In this document: positions 12,726 through 26,260 of the stretch, one piece after another
Layout of the letters: each line of letters begins with the position of its first letter
How positions within the stretch are numbered: the stretch's first letter is position 1
Assembly: GCA_024137785.1 (NCBI GenBank)
Contig: JAHRHZ010000141.1
Span: 1,589,944 to 1,653,943, forward strand
DNA length: 64,000 nucleotides
Origin: Ginglymostoma cirratum
Taxonomy: Eukaryota
Reading direction: 5' to 3'
Position numbers and translations under genes: made by a program
Notes under the pieces: generated by a model
Told to the model about the DNA's origin: nothing
Databases searched by the model: none
The model's input: the letters and a program-made list of their open reading frames with translations, nothing else

Positions 12726-14989
12726 TTTGAAACAACAAATTAAGTAATTGCCACTTCGACATGATAATCAACAATAGTATGCTCTTCGATCTATTCTATT
12801 TCTTAATATAATAGTTGAATGAAGAATTCACACTGATAACCTATTAAACCTATTACTTACACTCTGGCCCTCCTCAAGCACAATTGATGAGCGACACTAT
12901 TTTGCTTTCTTCACATATCCATGCACATACACTTTCTTGAGTTGTTTCCAACTTATTGAATCTGAAGTCCAGTGTGAAACAACGGAAAGAAAAACTCTTG
13001 CTGTTACCAGTATGCATTCATCAACATGAACCACTCAGCTAAATAGAAATTTCAAGTGTTGTTCCTTGTTCACGTTCTCGAAGTATCTCCTTTCTCGTGG
13101 ATTCCATCTATATGCTTCATGGGTTTCAGTAAAAAGCCAGAAAGACTAGTGTTTTGAAGATTACTGACCAATATCTGTTTCGACTGATTTTTATTCTGCT
13201 CTCTGCAGTCATGTTGCCAGTCTGACTGATAAAATTGGTGATCTTTTTGACTGTCACGCCATACCTTTCCCTGATGACATAGGATTCATTAGTGATTTGT
13301 CTTTTGAAATAAGGCATTGCAAACGAACCACACACACACACGCACACACAGAAGGCAATATTTGCAAATTGGTGCAATTTCCCAAACATGGTAAGGCATT
13401 TGTAAAACGATTTAGCAGCCCACGATTTTGTTGATATACAAACACTTCAGGAATCTTTGGATGTGCGTTTGAATTTCTGCCACATACACTGTTCATCTCA
13501 GTATCTTCCATTATTTGTGACGTTTGACTTTTTGGACTGCAAAAATCATTCTCCTTCTCTCAGGTCTTGCTGATATAATGCTATAGATGTTGCTTTTGGC
13601 ACCCTAAAATCAATTGAGATCACCCTATAACTTACAAAATGCAGCTTTAATGACGCTATGTTGTCAATATCGCACAATGGAGTGTTATTTAGCAAATTTA
13701 AATGGCACCTGTGATGATGCATATGAAATATGGTGAATAGAGTGTGGTTATTTTGTGTTATTTTTTAAAGACATATAGAGATAAAAAGGACTGACTCTGG
13801 AGACATTTACATGTCATGGCGAGCTTTAATTTTGAGAATGTTACATATGCTGTATTTGCAATGTTTCGAGATTTTATGTTTCAGAGCTGCTCACGTTCAG
13901 ATATTTTTAAAGTCTTTTTTTTGTTGAAGACTTACTTCCATTTGGAGGTATGATTTTCAGGTACACTTTGAAAAAGCAATTTCCTGAGTACACTATGGTG
14001 GTTACGAGATATATTTTCTATTTTCTTTTCTCAAGGGTTTGTGAAGGAACAAATGTTCCACGTTATTAAACATAGAACATTGTAAGTGTCGACGCAACTG
14101 GATAATTGTACCTATCTTTACTAAAAGACGATACAAACAGTTCCAGACTGACTACGTGTCTCTATACACCGTCATCATCCCCATTTTATTTTGGTAATCA
14201 TGTAACATTTTCTTTCTTAACCATTAAAAAAAACCTCCACGTCTATCTATTGCAGAAAACATCATAGAGTCATTAATTTCTACTAGGAAAAAAAAGTTTT
14301 TTTTAAATAAAAAATCTCGGATGAAACTTAGTGAGACTTTCTTCGAATGTCTGTGTGACTTGCTTCCAAGCGATCTACCCTACCCCCAATCAAAAATCAC
14401 AGCCTTATCTATTGCACACTTATTGGTCACATGTGCACTAATCATCTACGTTTCTACTGTATTAACTTTCATTATTCGAAACATTGGAAATTTGAGCCCA
14501 TCACCATAATGGCTGCTTTGGACACAATCCCTTCCGAGCAGGGATTTCCTTGATAATTTTTTTTTTTAAATTACATTATCAACATGTTAAGAACAGCTTT
14601 CTTTTCACGAGAATACATAAATGTGACGCAAAAACTGGAGTGATAATATAACAAAAACCATGCAAATTCAGGAACGGTTTTTCCTCTTCTACTGAAATTA
14701 AACCCTTCTTGGACGAAAAGTTACCATTCATATTTTCTACTGTTTCATATGTGTCTGGATATTAAACAGTCATGAACACACACCTTATTTTTGATACCAA
14801 CTCTTTCACTCAAAGTTTAAGAAGTTATACATTTCAATGTTTTTTTTCAAAAATACAATACTGTGCACTTATTTGCTAAATGTAGCAGCTAATATGCTCT
14901 CAACTTTCAAATCAGTTTAGCCTCCCTTGCATCCGAACAACTCAGATTCCAAACTGAGATTTTTTTCTTAATTGTCAGCATTTTTTTTT

Positions 14990-15082
14990 CTCAAGAAGGG
15001 TCTAGAACCGAAACGTCAGCTTTCCTGCTCCTCTGATGCTGCATGGCCTGCTGTGTTCATTCAGCTCTACACCTTGTTATCT
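14990..15082 (+). mobile_element. Single-arm Penelope terminus fragment
   Basis: gaagggtctagaaccgaaacgtcagctttcctgctcctctgatgctgc...ccttgttatct matches 1-140. Confidence 0.8.
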
Positions 15083-16709
15083 GCGATTATTCCATATATT
15101 TCTCACACGAAAACAATGTCCTTTGTTCGTGAGAATGTGCGTCTAAAACAGTTCATTTGCACATTCGAATACTAACAATCTGCCATTTTGAGAATGATTT
15201 GTTTATTTATATTTTCTGCCTTCAGATTGATAATGTGCGCAATACATTACGCCCATTTGAATATTTGCCAGTTTTGTTTATTTATCTTCTGATTTGGATC
15301 TTCAGAAATGTTTTCTGACAGTTTATTTCATTGATTAAGTCTTCGCTAACTTGGGAAACAAAAACTTAGCCTAAAAACATCTTCAACAGTTTGTTTTTCG
15401 TTAGACGGAATTGCATACATAAACGGAAATTGGCTTTGACAAATTAAGCCTTTTTTTCTAGTTATCCAGTATTCTACTTGTAAATTTTTGCAAACGATTT
15501 ACTTCAAAGAATGAAGGCTTTCATTTCTTTCTCTGTCAACCACGCTTTTAAAATGTAGGATTGCATTTAGTACTTTCTTGTGCAGGACCGTTCATAGAAT
15601 TATATAAGGTGCCTGACTATGCTATCATGCTTTCAATACTTTCCATTGACATCGTTTAATCGCACGTTGGTAGCTCTCACTAGGATTAACAAGTATTATT
15701 GAAAATTCGATTGCTAATTTACTAATTTATGTTTTGCTCTTCACATGTTTCTTCTGTTGATGGGTATTTGCGATATTCATTTTTTCCCTATTTCTACGAC
15801 CATGAAGACAAACCAATGATAATTGCTTGAATCAATGTTAAAGTCACATTATTTTTCGTTATAGTTTCCTTGGTATCCATGTGGAATGGACACAAGTTTT
15901 TTTTTGAGACAGTGTTCCCATTTGCTATGCGTTCAGTACATTTTGCAGTCTGTGAACATGTTAATCGTTGGTGTATTCTTTTATGTTATCACTTTTTCCT
16001 GCGTTACAAATTGCACAAATTCTTTTAAGTGAGACTTTTTTATCTCTTTCGTTTGCAACATTTTACATTATTTTTGCATTCGTGAAGTATTCTATATATA
16101 CTTACCACCGAAAAAAAATCAAATACATCTTTCTTGAGACGACGTGTCAGATCTTCAAGTATTTCGTCTCCCTCAACTATTGTGCCTTCTTTCATGCATG
16201 TAATTTATCGTAACGCAAAAGACACATACTTGCTTTTCTTAACTTGTTAACTGGAAAAGGTACCTTATTTTAAGAAAAAAAGGTACACCCATGAATGCTA
16301 ACTTGTGGAGAAGTGGTAGTGACACTACCCCGGACGTGGAAGCACAGGTACACGTTCCAATTGCTCCAGAGTTGTGTAATTACATCTCTGAATACGGAGA
16401 GAAGAAACGGAGATGAAATAAAACATACCAAAGGTGAACAAAATGCCCTCTTGTGTACCAGTGGTACTTTCCTGATCTTTGACTCACTCGGACCAAGTTC
16501 AAATCTCATCTGCTGCAGAACTGTGGCATGACATTCCTGAACTTTTTTTTTCCTTTTTTTTAAAGAAAAAGACTATAGGACAGTCTGTAGCGAACTGGGA
16601 CTAGCCTACCCAAGCCAATGATTTGGTTCTACTTTTCTGCGGCACAATAAATTCTTTTTCATTTTCAAGCGCTGTTCTTGTGTTAATGTAATACGTGACA
16701 TTAAGTACA

Positions 16710-18560
16710 TAGTAAGATGATAACACTGAGCAGTAGAACAGGAAGATTTGGTACATTAAATGAGCATTTGACATTCAATAAAATCACTACTGATCTGGCA
16801 ATCCTCTGAAAGTCTACACTCAACTTTTAAAATCTTAATCATTTGAATCGGCCTGTTCTACCGTTAAAAAAAAAATCATTGCACCATAATGCAACGGCAC
16901 TCCACAGCCATGAATTCCATAGACTCACTACCTTCGAACGGCAGATGCATATATAATCAACTGGTGACGTCTGTCTCTCAAATTATTCCTTCCACAACTC
17001 GAGCCTCCCAAAATTATGAACAACATGTTTACATCGACTCAAACAAGTACCCTAAAAATCATATTTGTACACATAAGGATGTCATATATTTCCATAAACT
17101 CCACTGAGAGGGGGCACGACATACTCAACCTGTTCTCCAATGAAAAAAACCCTCCACTCAGCGATTGATCCATTGAAAATTCTATGGATTACCATCAATG
17201 TCAAGATACCATTCTTTATATAACGGGATCAAACCTGTCCAAAGCAATCTCGGAATCACCCGAACAGCATTTTCCATTGCTTTGTAAATGTTTCCCTTTT
17301 TGATCCCGTTGACTTTGAGATACGTTTCAATATGTTATCGATCAATGTACTATATACCTGATGTTTGTGTTTCTTTCATAAGAACATCTAAATCTCTCTT
17401 TGATGTTGTTGCTTACTTTGTCCTCATCACATATAGAGTTAACACTCTCTGTTATTTTGGTCAAATTGCGAAATCTCACACTTTCTTCTATCATTTTATA
17501 TGGCCAACATGTACTTACTAAATAAAATCTCCAGCATACATGTGCACGCACACAAATATAAACCCCTGTATTCCCGCAGCTATCAAAAACATATAAGCTG
17601 ATTTTTTCTAAAATAACAAATGTATTTTTACTCTCCTTTACAGAAGAACAAAGAATTATCTATACAACCTTTATACGATGCATGAGCTGAAGTTGCTGTC
17701 ACTTAACATGTAATGTAAACTGCTGGAGCACATTAAATTTGGTTTTATTTCTTGGAAATCCACTTCATTTATCCTGAGATAGTCGGAACTGCAGATGCTG
17801 GAGAATCTGAGGTAACTAGGTATAGAAATGGATGAACACAGCAGGCCAAGCAGCATCAGAGGAGCAGGAAAGATGACATTTCATGCCTCGACCGAAGAAG
17901 GGTCTAGGCCCGAAACGTCAGCTTTCCTGCTCCTCTGAGGCTGCTTGGTCTGTCGTGTTCATCCATTTCTACACCTTGTTATCTCATTTAGCCTGGTTGC
18001 TTTTTATTAAATCGATTTCATTGTCTCCTGAAAAAGAAACCCAGGAAGTTTGTCACCCAATATTCTTCTGGCATAGAGCCAGACTGGTTCCTCTTCACAG
18101 TATAATGATGTATAAATATTCTGCAATCTATTCTTTAAATTGGACACTACCATTTTCCTACTGTAGTTGTCAATGACTTACAGTTGCCTGCTAGCTTCCT
18201 CACTCCTCTATGTTTTGAATACCGGATTGACAATTTTTCTGACATTTAAATATTTAGGATATTAAAGTCAAGAAGGTTACTTGCAGTGTCTTCTGGACGT
18301 CTGCTTCCACTTTGATTAGTAGCAAAGGATGCAATCCATTAGGACGAGAAGAATCTATGTCTCATGTTTTGTGTCACAAGCAATATTTCTCCAGGAATAA
18401 CATTTAATTTATTTTCTAGATGCTGTTTGCAGCTATCACAGTCTATGTCAAATAACAGTACCGTACACTATGAAAAAGTTGATACAACCAACTTCATCAT
18501 CTCCTCTTCTATGCCAAGCTTCCCCAATAATACTTCCGTAGTCTCCTATCTAATTGGGCT
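16710..18560 (-). mobile_element. Very old CR1-like LINE debris
   Basis: Patchy resemblance to CR1 3' end and RT antisense sequence; no ORF. Confidence 0.35.
17777..17983. mobile_element. Palindromic Penelope-terminus-derived insertion
   Basis: Inverted arms; flanks TCATTTATCCTG (17765-17776) and TCATTTAGCCTG (17984-17995). Confidence 0.85.
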
Positions 18561-19605
18561 AATACTCAATTTGGCGCTTTCTTTACATTCAATACTTTAA
18601 TAAACAAGTACAGTCCTTTTTATTGTGTTACATGCTTTTTGATTTCATGTTTTATTTTCACTCACTTCTTTTATTTTATTGTTCTTCACCTTTCCTCTCA
18701 TCGTAAATCTTTTTGATTCTCTGAATTATGACAGATGTTTGACGAACAGTATTTTTTTTTAATCTTTGTATCATCATTCATAACTTACCTTTGCCAAAAA
18801 ATGCCTTTCATTTCTTTTTTTACAGTTCTGATGTTAATTTGCTTTTACCAATCGCCCGTCAGTTTTGAATACCATTTCCGATTTTTAAAAAAAATTTGTT
18901 TATATGTGATTCAGCTTCAAAACTATCCATGTTCTGTTGTGCTGCCCCAGTTACAGTCTCATCTAAAAAAATTCATATTTTAATCTTCATAAGTTACGTT
19001 CTATATACTGTTAGAACTGATTAATTCTTCCTCAAAGCTGCTCTCTCTATTATTTTCCATCCCCATGAAATTTTCCATTTGGTATTCTTTCTCTTGAACT
19101 CGTCACCAATCCTCTACGCTGCTTATTATTCTCTGTCTAATTCCTTCGCTCCTCCGAACCCGGAACTGATTAGGACAGGCCTCACATGGCTGGATATTTA
19201 TTGATCATCTGTGGAATTCTACAGGTAACAAGCTAATGCATCTTTCTCTTGCCGTGATTAATGCAAGCTTCCAGTTCAGAGAAGTAGGAGAGTCTGATCA
19301 TCACTCACAGTAAAGTGATTCTGTTTCTATTGCCCGAATTGTTATGTATATTCATATTTCTCTGTATCAGTGTGCATATCTCTGCCAGTCTCAGCACTCA
19401 CAGTTCTATCACTGCACTGAAAAACTGATCACATGCACCTATTTATTGCATTAAAAGAGGAAGGAATCTTACACATTGTTGGTTAAAAGGCGGATATTTA
19501 GCGATAATACTTGACCATCATGTATAATTTTTATACCAGCGTCACACTTATCACAGTTTCCGCAAGATTTACATAAATACAGACAAACGTGTTAACTCTG
19601 CTTAC

Positions 19606-19626
19606 CTGATTTTTCTTTTGCGAGAT
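19606..19626 (-). CDS. 21-nt heptad micro-exon, type B, (D)LAKEKS
   Basis: Minus strand: gtgttttgttttcaag|ATCTCGCAAAAGAAAAATCAG|gtaagc. Confidence 0.88.
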
Positions 19627-21904
19627 CTTGAAAACAAAACACTGACTTTTACAAAATAATCCAATAACAAATTGAAAACAAGTTTAAATTCCAGAATGAA
19701 GTTTAATAAAAACACTTTCGAGATGCATTCATTTCTCTCAATGAATGTGTCTTCCTTCTTCCAATGCACTATATTCTCTTCAGACAGTTTAAAACACAGC
19801 AAAAAGACACGTTGCTTTTATTTTCCTAAGCAAAACATTCATATTCATGTATTTCTTTCTATGAAATTACATTTCTAGGTCTCCACTAATGTTCCTTTAT
19901 CCAAGTGCGAGTTTGTGCGAAGCAACATGTTGGTCCATCAATAATTAACAATAAATGGAATATTGTGGTTATTTTAAAAAATATAATATCGAATTTGTCA
20001 AACCTTCACAGACTGATCCTGTCACATTTCCTACTTACAATTAATTTCGTATGATTTGTACGCCCCAACAGGGGATGAATCAGTTCCAGTCGTTGTTCTC
20101 GTGGCCACATTTCTTTGTTGAAGAAGTGAAAGCCGAACATCAATAGATACAATTTAGTATTTGTTATATTCATTGCATGGTATTCATTTTTTTTAATTTT
20201 TGACAAAGCAGAGTTCAGATAAAGAAAAGGACACAAGCAACATAGTCTGATTTTGACAGACACTATTACCCTTCCCTTCAATTTATATATTCCTGAAATG
20301 AGCTTATTTACAATATTGATTCATTTCAGACATAAGACAACAACCTCTCGAAATCTCCCACGACTTGGATTTGTTTTATTCAAAGCAAATGCAAATGATG
20401 AACTCAGTAAAGAGACATTTTGTTTATGTGGTCTTGATTTAAACGTCCGATAGGAAATGTGTTTTTGTTTTTGAACAACCAGATGTAATGAGGGAATGAT
20501 TCAGGCTTAAATTCCTTGTATGTTGTCTCATTGTCTGGGAGAAACTGTTTTCATTTTTCATAGTCCAATACAACTACTAATTACAATTGGAAACAATGTC
20601 CTAAAAACCTTTTAATTAATAGTTGGTATTTCCTTTAAAATAATGGGGAAAATTGGCATCGAGTAGGAGTTGAATTTTCTGGTGTTAACTGAGTCTAAGG
20701 CGGCAAAATGTGTTGATGTATCAACGAGTATTACAAGGAGGCGCACGGCAGGACAGAAAAGTCCAAAAAAGTGCTTCTGTTAGCAACGTAATAACAGCAA
20801 TTAAAGTCATACATACATGAACAAAAAATCTCCTTCATGAGCAAGGCATTGGCAAAAAAGATGATGAATTATGAGCGAAAAATGTGATAGTTTATATAGA
20901 TCTGATAATAGCTACTGGAAATAGGGACAAGGTGATCAATAGTCGTAAATAAATAAGGCAGGATTGCATGTATTTTGTGGAAAAATGTGTAACCCAAAGT
21001 TCAAGGATATACCTTACAGTACTGTCGACACAAACACACTATTAATTGGGTATCTGGCCTCAGTTTATCATGAGTAGCAAGAAACAATTTGCATTAAAAA
21101 TAGGAAGAGACAGAAAACACGGTTGAGAATAGTTCATGTGGCTTCTTCGAAAAATATAATGAAGCACCGATTATTTTCTTAAGAAAAAAGTATGTGCACC
21201 TTGTGACAAAGAGAATGTGATAACAATTGTATGCTTAAAATTTGACTAGGCTTGGAATGTTAAAGCATCTAGTGAGCTCTGAAATGTTTAATTTATAGTT
21301 CTTCTAGTGAAACCACCTTTGGGAAATTCGTTGTGGGATCAGTGAACAATGTAATTATATAAAATTCCACATCATGAAGTTCAAAATAATAGGCTTATAT
21401 GATGTCATTGTTAAAGATTCTGCATTATAAAATGATTCCTGATAAGATTGCTTTGTAGTTTCCATCTTTCAGTGATTTTCCCAGGAAAAAAAACTATCAT
21501 ATTAAACATTTCAAACACTGAACTTTGAAGGTGCGAGTAATGAATTGAGAAACATATGGTTCCTTAAAGGACAAAATGAACGTCTCTTGATATACAATTT
21601 TTTACGTACTCAAATCAAAGCTACTTGGACGAAAGTTCGACTGAGAAGTCATATTAAAGTTGAAACTGTTCGAAAATATTCATGCTGTTGCGACAAAAGG
21701 GTGAAAAGTCAAATGTTTAGATATGTTTTACAGTCTAGTAGAATGCTGTTAAACGTAAATGAAAATTAACGACAATAATTATGGAGGCAAACTAGGATTT
21801 TGAACTCGGGGCAGTGAAATAACAACGTTATACTTCCAAATCGGAATGGTGAGTAGATTAAAGAGGAATTGAATTTGATGGTCCTGTCATATATCTGTTG
21901 CCAT

Positions 21905-23810
21905 TTCCCATCTAGCCAGAAGTGAAACTAGGTTTGTAAGGTGCTGTCTCAAGATCTTTGGTAAATTTCTGCATTGTATCTTTTAGATAAGATGCGTTGT
22001 TGGTACTCAGCTTTGATGGTGGAAGAAATGGTTTCCATTTGATCTCGTGCCATTCAAGTGTTTTTTTTTTCTCCAGGATGGCATCGAGCCTCATGAGTGT
22101 TGTTAGAGCATCCACCACAATCCTGACTTGTGCCCTGTAAATGATACAGGGGCTTTGAGAAGTCAGGAGTGGAGTTAGTTTCGACAATATTCGTGGCCTC
22201 TGACATACCCTTCAGGCCATTGTGTTTATAGGGAGTCTAATTGAGTTTCTGGTCAATGTTAACGCGCAGGATGTTGATTGTGGGGGATTAGTGATGCTAA
22301 TACCATCAAATATCAAGGAGCAGTGGTTAGTTTGTCCCTTACTGATGATCGGCATAACACGGCATTTATGTGACGCAAATGTCACTTGCCACTTGTCTGT
22401 CAATGCATGAGTATTGTCTAGATCTTGTTGCATTTTAAAACGAGCTGCTTTAGTATCTGAGGAGTCGTGTATGGTGCTCAATACTGTGCAACCATTGACA
22501 AACATCCCTCCTTTGTTATATTATGGTGGAAAGGTAATTGATGAAGCAGCTGAAGATTGTTGGGCCGAGTACTTTACCCTAAGGCACTCCTACAGGGATT
22601 TCCTGGAGCTGAGATGACTGGCCTCCAACAACCACGGCCATCCTCCTATTTGGCATGGACGAATGTCAACAGAGAGATTGTCCCCCGGTTCCCATTGACT
22701 CCAGTTTGGCTAAAGCTTCTTGATGATATGTTTGGTAGTATACAGCCTTGATGTCAAGGGTTGTCACTCTCAACTCACCTCCGGATTTAAGCTCTATTTT
22801 CCATGTTTGAAACAAGACTGTAATGAGATCCGGAGCTGAGTGCACCTGGTGAAACCTAACCTGTGGGTCACTGAGCAGGTTATGGCTGAGCAAGTACTGC
22901 TTTATAACAGTGATAGTGACATATTCCATCACGTTACTGATGGTTAACAGTCGATTGGGCAGTAATTGCACGAGTTCGATCTGTCCTTTTTTTTAAAATG
23001 TACTAGCGATACTTGGAAAGAGTTCCACATTTCCAGGTAGATGCCAGTGCTGTGCTTGGACTGGAACCACTTGGCTAGGGGAAAGGCAAGTTCAGGAGCA
23101 CAAGACTTCAGTACTCTTTCCGGAACATTGTCATGGCCCACAGCCTATGCAGGATCCAGTGCCTCCAACCGTTTTTAGATATCAAGTAGAGTGAATCGAA
23201 TTGTCTGAAGACTGGTATCTGTAATCCTGCTTCCACTGGAGGAGGCTGAGATGGATCTTCCACTCGGCACTTCTGGCTGAAGATGACAACAGCCTTATCC
23301 TTGGTATCAATGTTCTGGGATATTTCATCATTGAGAATGAGTTGCTTAATCGTCCACCATTACTCACCAATAGATGTGGCAGAACAGCAGTGCTTAAGTC
23401 TGACCCATTACTTTTGCTATCACTTAGCACTGTCTATCTCTTGCTGCTAATGCTGTCTGACATGCATGTCGTCCTGTCTGCTGGTTTCCACAAGTTGACA
23501 AGTTATCTTCATTTAGCCTTACAGTACTCCTGGTAAGTCTTCTGGCAGTCTTCATTGAGCCAGAATTGATCCCATGGCTGAATATTAATGGTTGAGTTGG
23601 AGATATGCCAAGCCTTGAGATTGTAGATTGTGCTGGAGTACAATCCCGTTGCTGTTGATGGCAGGTAGTGCTTGAAGGAAGCCCAGTCTTAAGTTGTTGG
23701 ACCTGCTCGAATTGTGTCCCATTTAGTACGATGATAGTGCCACACAAAGTGATGGAGGTTATTCTCAGTGTGAAGATGGAATCTCATCTCCATAAGGACA
23801 GTGCAGTTGT
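21905..23810 (-). mobile_element. CR1/L2-group LINE ORF2 remnant (RT)
   Basis: ORFs 22212-22505 (MFVNGCT..., from FADD; QQDLDN...DKWQVTF...KC), 22666-22971 (LDIKA) and 22944-23141 (G.DN.P.RVLK.CAPELA.PL) are frameshifted RT segments. Confidence 0.85.
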
Positions 23811-23989
23811 GTTTAGTGCGTGTCTTGTGAAAAAAGCACCATTTTTACAGTCTATTCAGATGTGATACTGCAGTATGGAATGACAGCTGCAAGTCCAGTC
23901 GGCATATCAATTATGACCAGCAAATTCTGATTCCCACATTTCATTTTACCTAGGTTTCCAACACATTCAATTAATACCCTTGTAACAGT

Positions 23990-25645
23990 TTTCGAATGCG
24001 GGAATGAAAATTAATAGGGCTTATTTCATCCCGGCTAGAGATTTTCCAATTGCCTGACAGATATTACATGCTAGGCAGAATTCAGTCACTCCCCCGAACG
24101 AAGTCTAGGCCAAAGCCAAAGGAATAAAAAAAGTTTTCTTATTTAGGACTGAGTTGTCCTTGCTTCCAATGAGATAATACTGGTAATTCATTTGCTACGG
24201 TCAAAAACTTTTCCTATAACCCATTGGTAATATGCCTTGATGATCTCCTGTTCATTTTTCAATCGCCTGAATGCGTGATGCTTTCTATTTCCTCATCAAG
24301 ACATCATATTTAAGTTTACAACATTCTGGGATAAACTCAGCTTAATCTTCTGTGTATGTTTTTGTAAAGCTGATAGTTTTTTCCTCTTGCTGTTGTAATT
24401 CACCAACTCACTCTGAACTAAAAATATTCACTTTTTCTACCGTCTGTTCTTCTTTCTGTTTAATAATTTGGTCAGACATAATCTCTGTCAAATAATCTTC
24501 AACTTCCTTATCTTTATTCTTTGACGTTTTCCTCCTGGTTCAATGTGCGGCTTTGTGAACTTGTCATTACCTGGTCAGGAAAAATTCCAGAATATGCTTC
24601 GTGTGACACCTGAATTTTCACTGGCGTTTCAACTAATCACATATTAGCGCCATATGTTTACTATTTTTGAATATACTTTTCCACTTATGAAAATTATTTA
24701 GTTTGACCCTTTCAAACTCAATGTCCGTTTGAACAGCATGCATCCTTAGATTGCTAAAAAGCTTTTTGTAGGCTTCTGGCACTGGCTTGTACACACGTTT
24801 GATAGCCTTTTTCACTTCCTCACACACACTAGATAACTCCTCTGATCATCATGCAAATGCCTCATTACTTTGCCTACCAACTTTGTTTGAATCAACAACA
24901 CCCACACAGTCAACAGGTATTTGTTTTTTTTTCAGTCATTTCTTGAACTAAAGTGAAAAGAGTTTTCAACATCCTTATTTTCGAAATTAAAAGCTCTTGG
25001 ACACATTTATGCAGACTCCCACAGGGTGTTGGACTACGAAGGTTTTACTCTCCGTCGGTACCCTATTCATTACTCCTTCTTTTCTTCTTTACCTCCACCA
25101 TCTAACTCGACATTCTTCTATAAGTGCAAACTTCTGAAGATCAAACTCTCTCTTTTTGCGTTTCTTCTCTCTCTTTCTCCCTTTCAACTATTATGGTTAT
25201 TCCTTGCTTTTATTGTTTTCCTCAGCTCGGTCTATTCCTTCCATTATTTTGTTTATAATTCAAACTGTTTCATTTGCACTTGGACTTTTAGCGTTTTCCA
25301 AATATTGCAATGGCATTCCTGGCATTTGTAAATGCGACTCTATTGCCACAGGTACTTCCCCTTTTCTCAGGGACAAAGAAAAGTCCAACTTCAGCTTTCC
25401 CACCAATTCCAAAAGTTTTATCTTGTTCACTTCATGTAAAACTCACGAAATGGCATCTTCCCCCCTGAGGAAGCTCTTAGTCCCTGAAAGATGCATTTTT
25501 GAACAAGGCACACCATGCTAAAATTAGTTGAATTCAACACTGGAAGTAGAAGACACTAACAGTTCCCAAAGACTTTTGCATTTGAGACTAATAATCTTAA
25601 ATCCAAGATGGAATTAGAATATTGGATCTCAACAAGAGCCCCAAA
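23990..25645 (-). mobile_element. Gypsy (Gmr1-like) gag remnant
   Basis: ORF 24633-24827 EEVKKAIKRVYKPVPEAYKKLFSNLR...EFERVK matches the Gmr1-type gag motif VK.AIL.AYELVPEAYRQ.FR; degenerate tRNA-Pro PBS-like sequence at about 25626-25643. Confidence 0.75.
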
Positions 25646-25647
25646 TT

Positions 25648-26260
25648 TGCCATGGAATAGACCATACCCCCTCAAGTATGTTCAGAGGATATCTTACATC
25701 ATTTTCTTTCTTATCGTAAAAGTAAATTTCAGGGTCTTTTTCAATTTCAATTTGATTAATCAAACCACTGAACGGTAAGCAAAACACAACTTATTTAAAC
25801 ACTCTAATTAAAATATATTAACGTGAGAAGAACTGGGAATAACTTAAATCTGTTGGAAAACTTCACAGAATAAAATGTGTAATAACGATTCGTAATTATT
25901 TGGGCCTTCATAACAACGTCCCACAAACATATCCTCGGCAAAAGGCAGATTAAGAAATCGGATTAACTCACATGCAGTTATCCAATGCAGGCATGATGGG
26001 ATTCAAAAGACAATCATGAGAGTAGATGTGTAGAAGCCAGGATATGTCCACTGCCTTCCAACTGTGCAGGTGAAAGTTAACTAAAAATCATGGATCTTTC
26101 AGAGTTTAAGCATACTTAACCAAGCTGCTTTTAGTGTTGCAATTGAATTAAAACCTGACATATTGTTTAACTTCTGATAGACTACTCAGTGTCTTTTCGA
26201 CAGGCTATCTTGAAAGAAACGAGAACAAAACACATCCCTTAACGCCTCAACTTCACTGTA
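25648..26260 (-). mobile_element. 5' LTR of the Gypsy remnant
   Basis: Abuts the PBS-like site; homologous to 55767-56387 (agacca-tacc-ccctca; cctcggcaaaa-ggca; tccaat-cagg). Confidence 0.65.

Noticed and set aside
17519-17607. 89-nt minus-strand candidate exon with a hydrophobic, TM-like translation
   Set aside because: The hydrophobic reading is not in the phase-1 frame, the length breaks frame, and it lies within LINE debris in mid-array.
20039-20112. 74-nt minus-strand segment with AG/GTAAGT borders
   Set aside because: Would shift the frame of the heptad array; no homology to the other exons.
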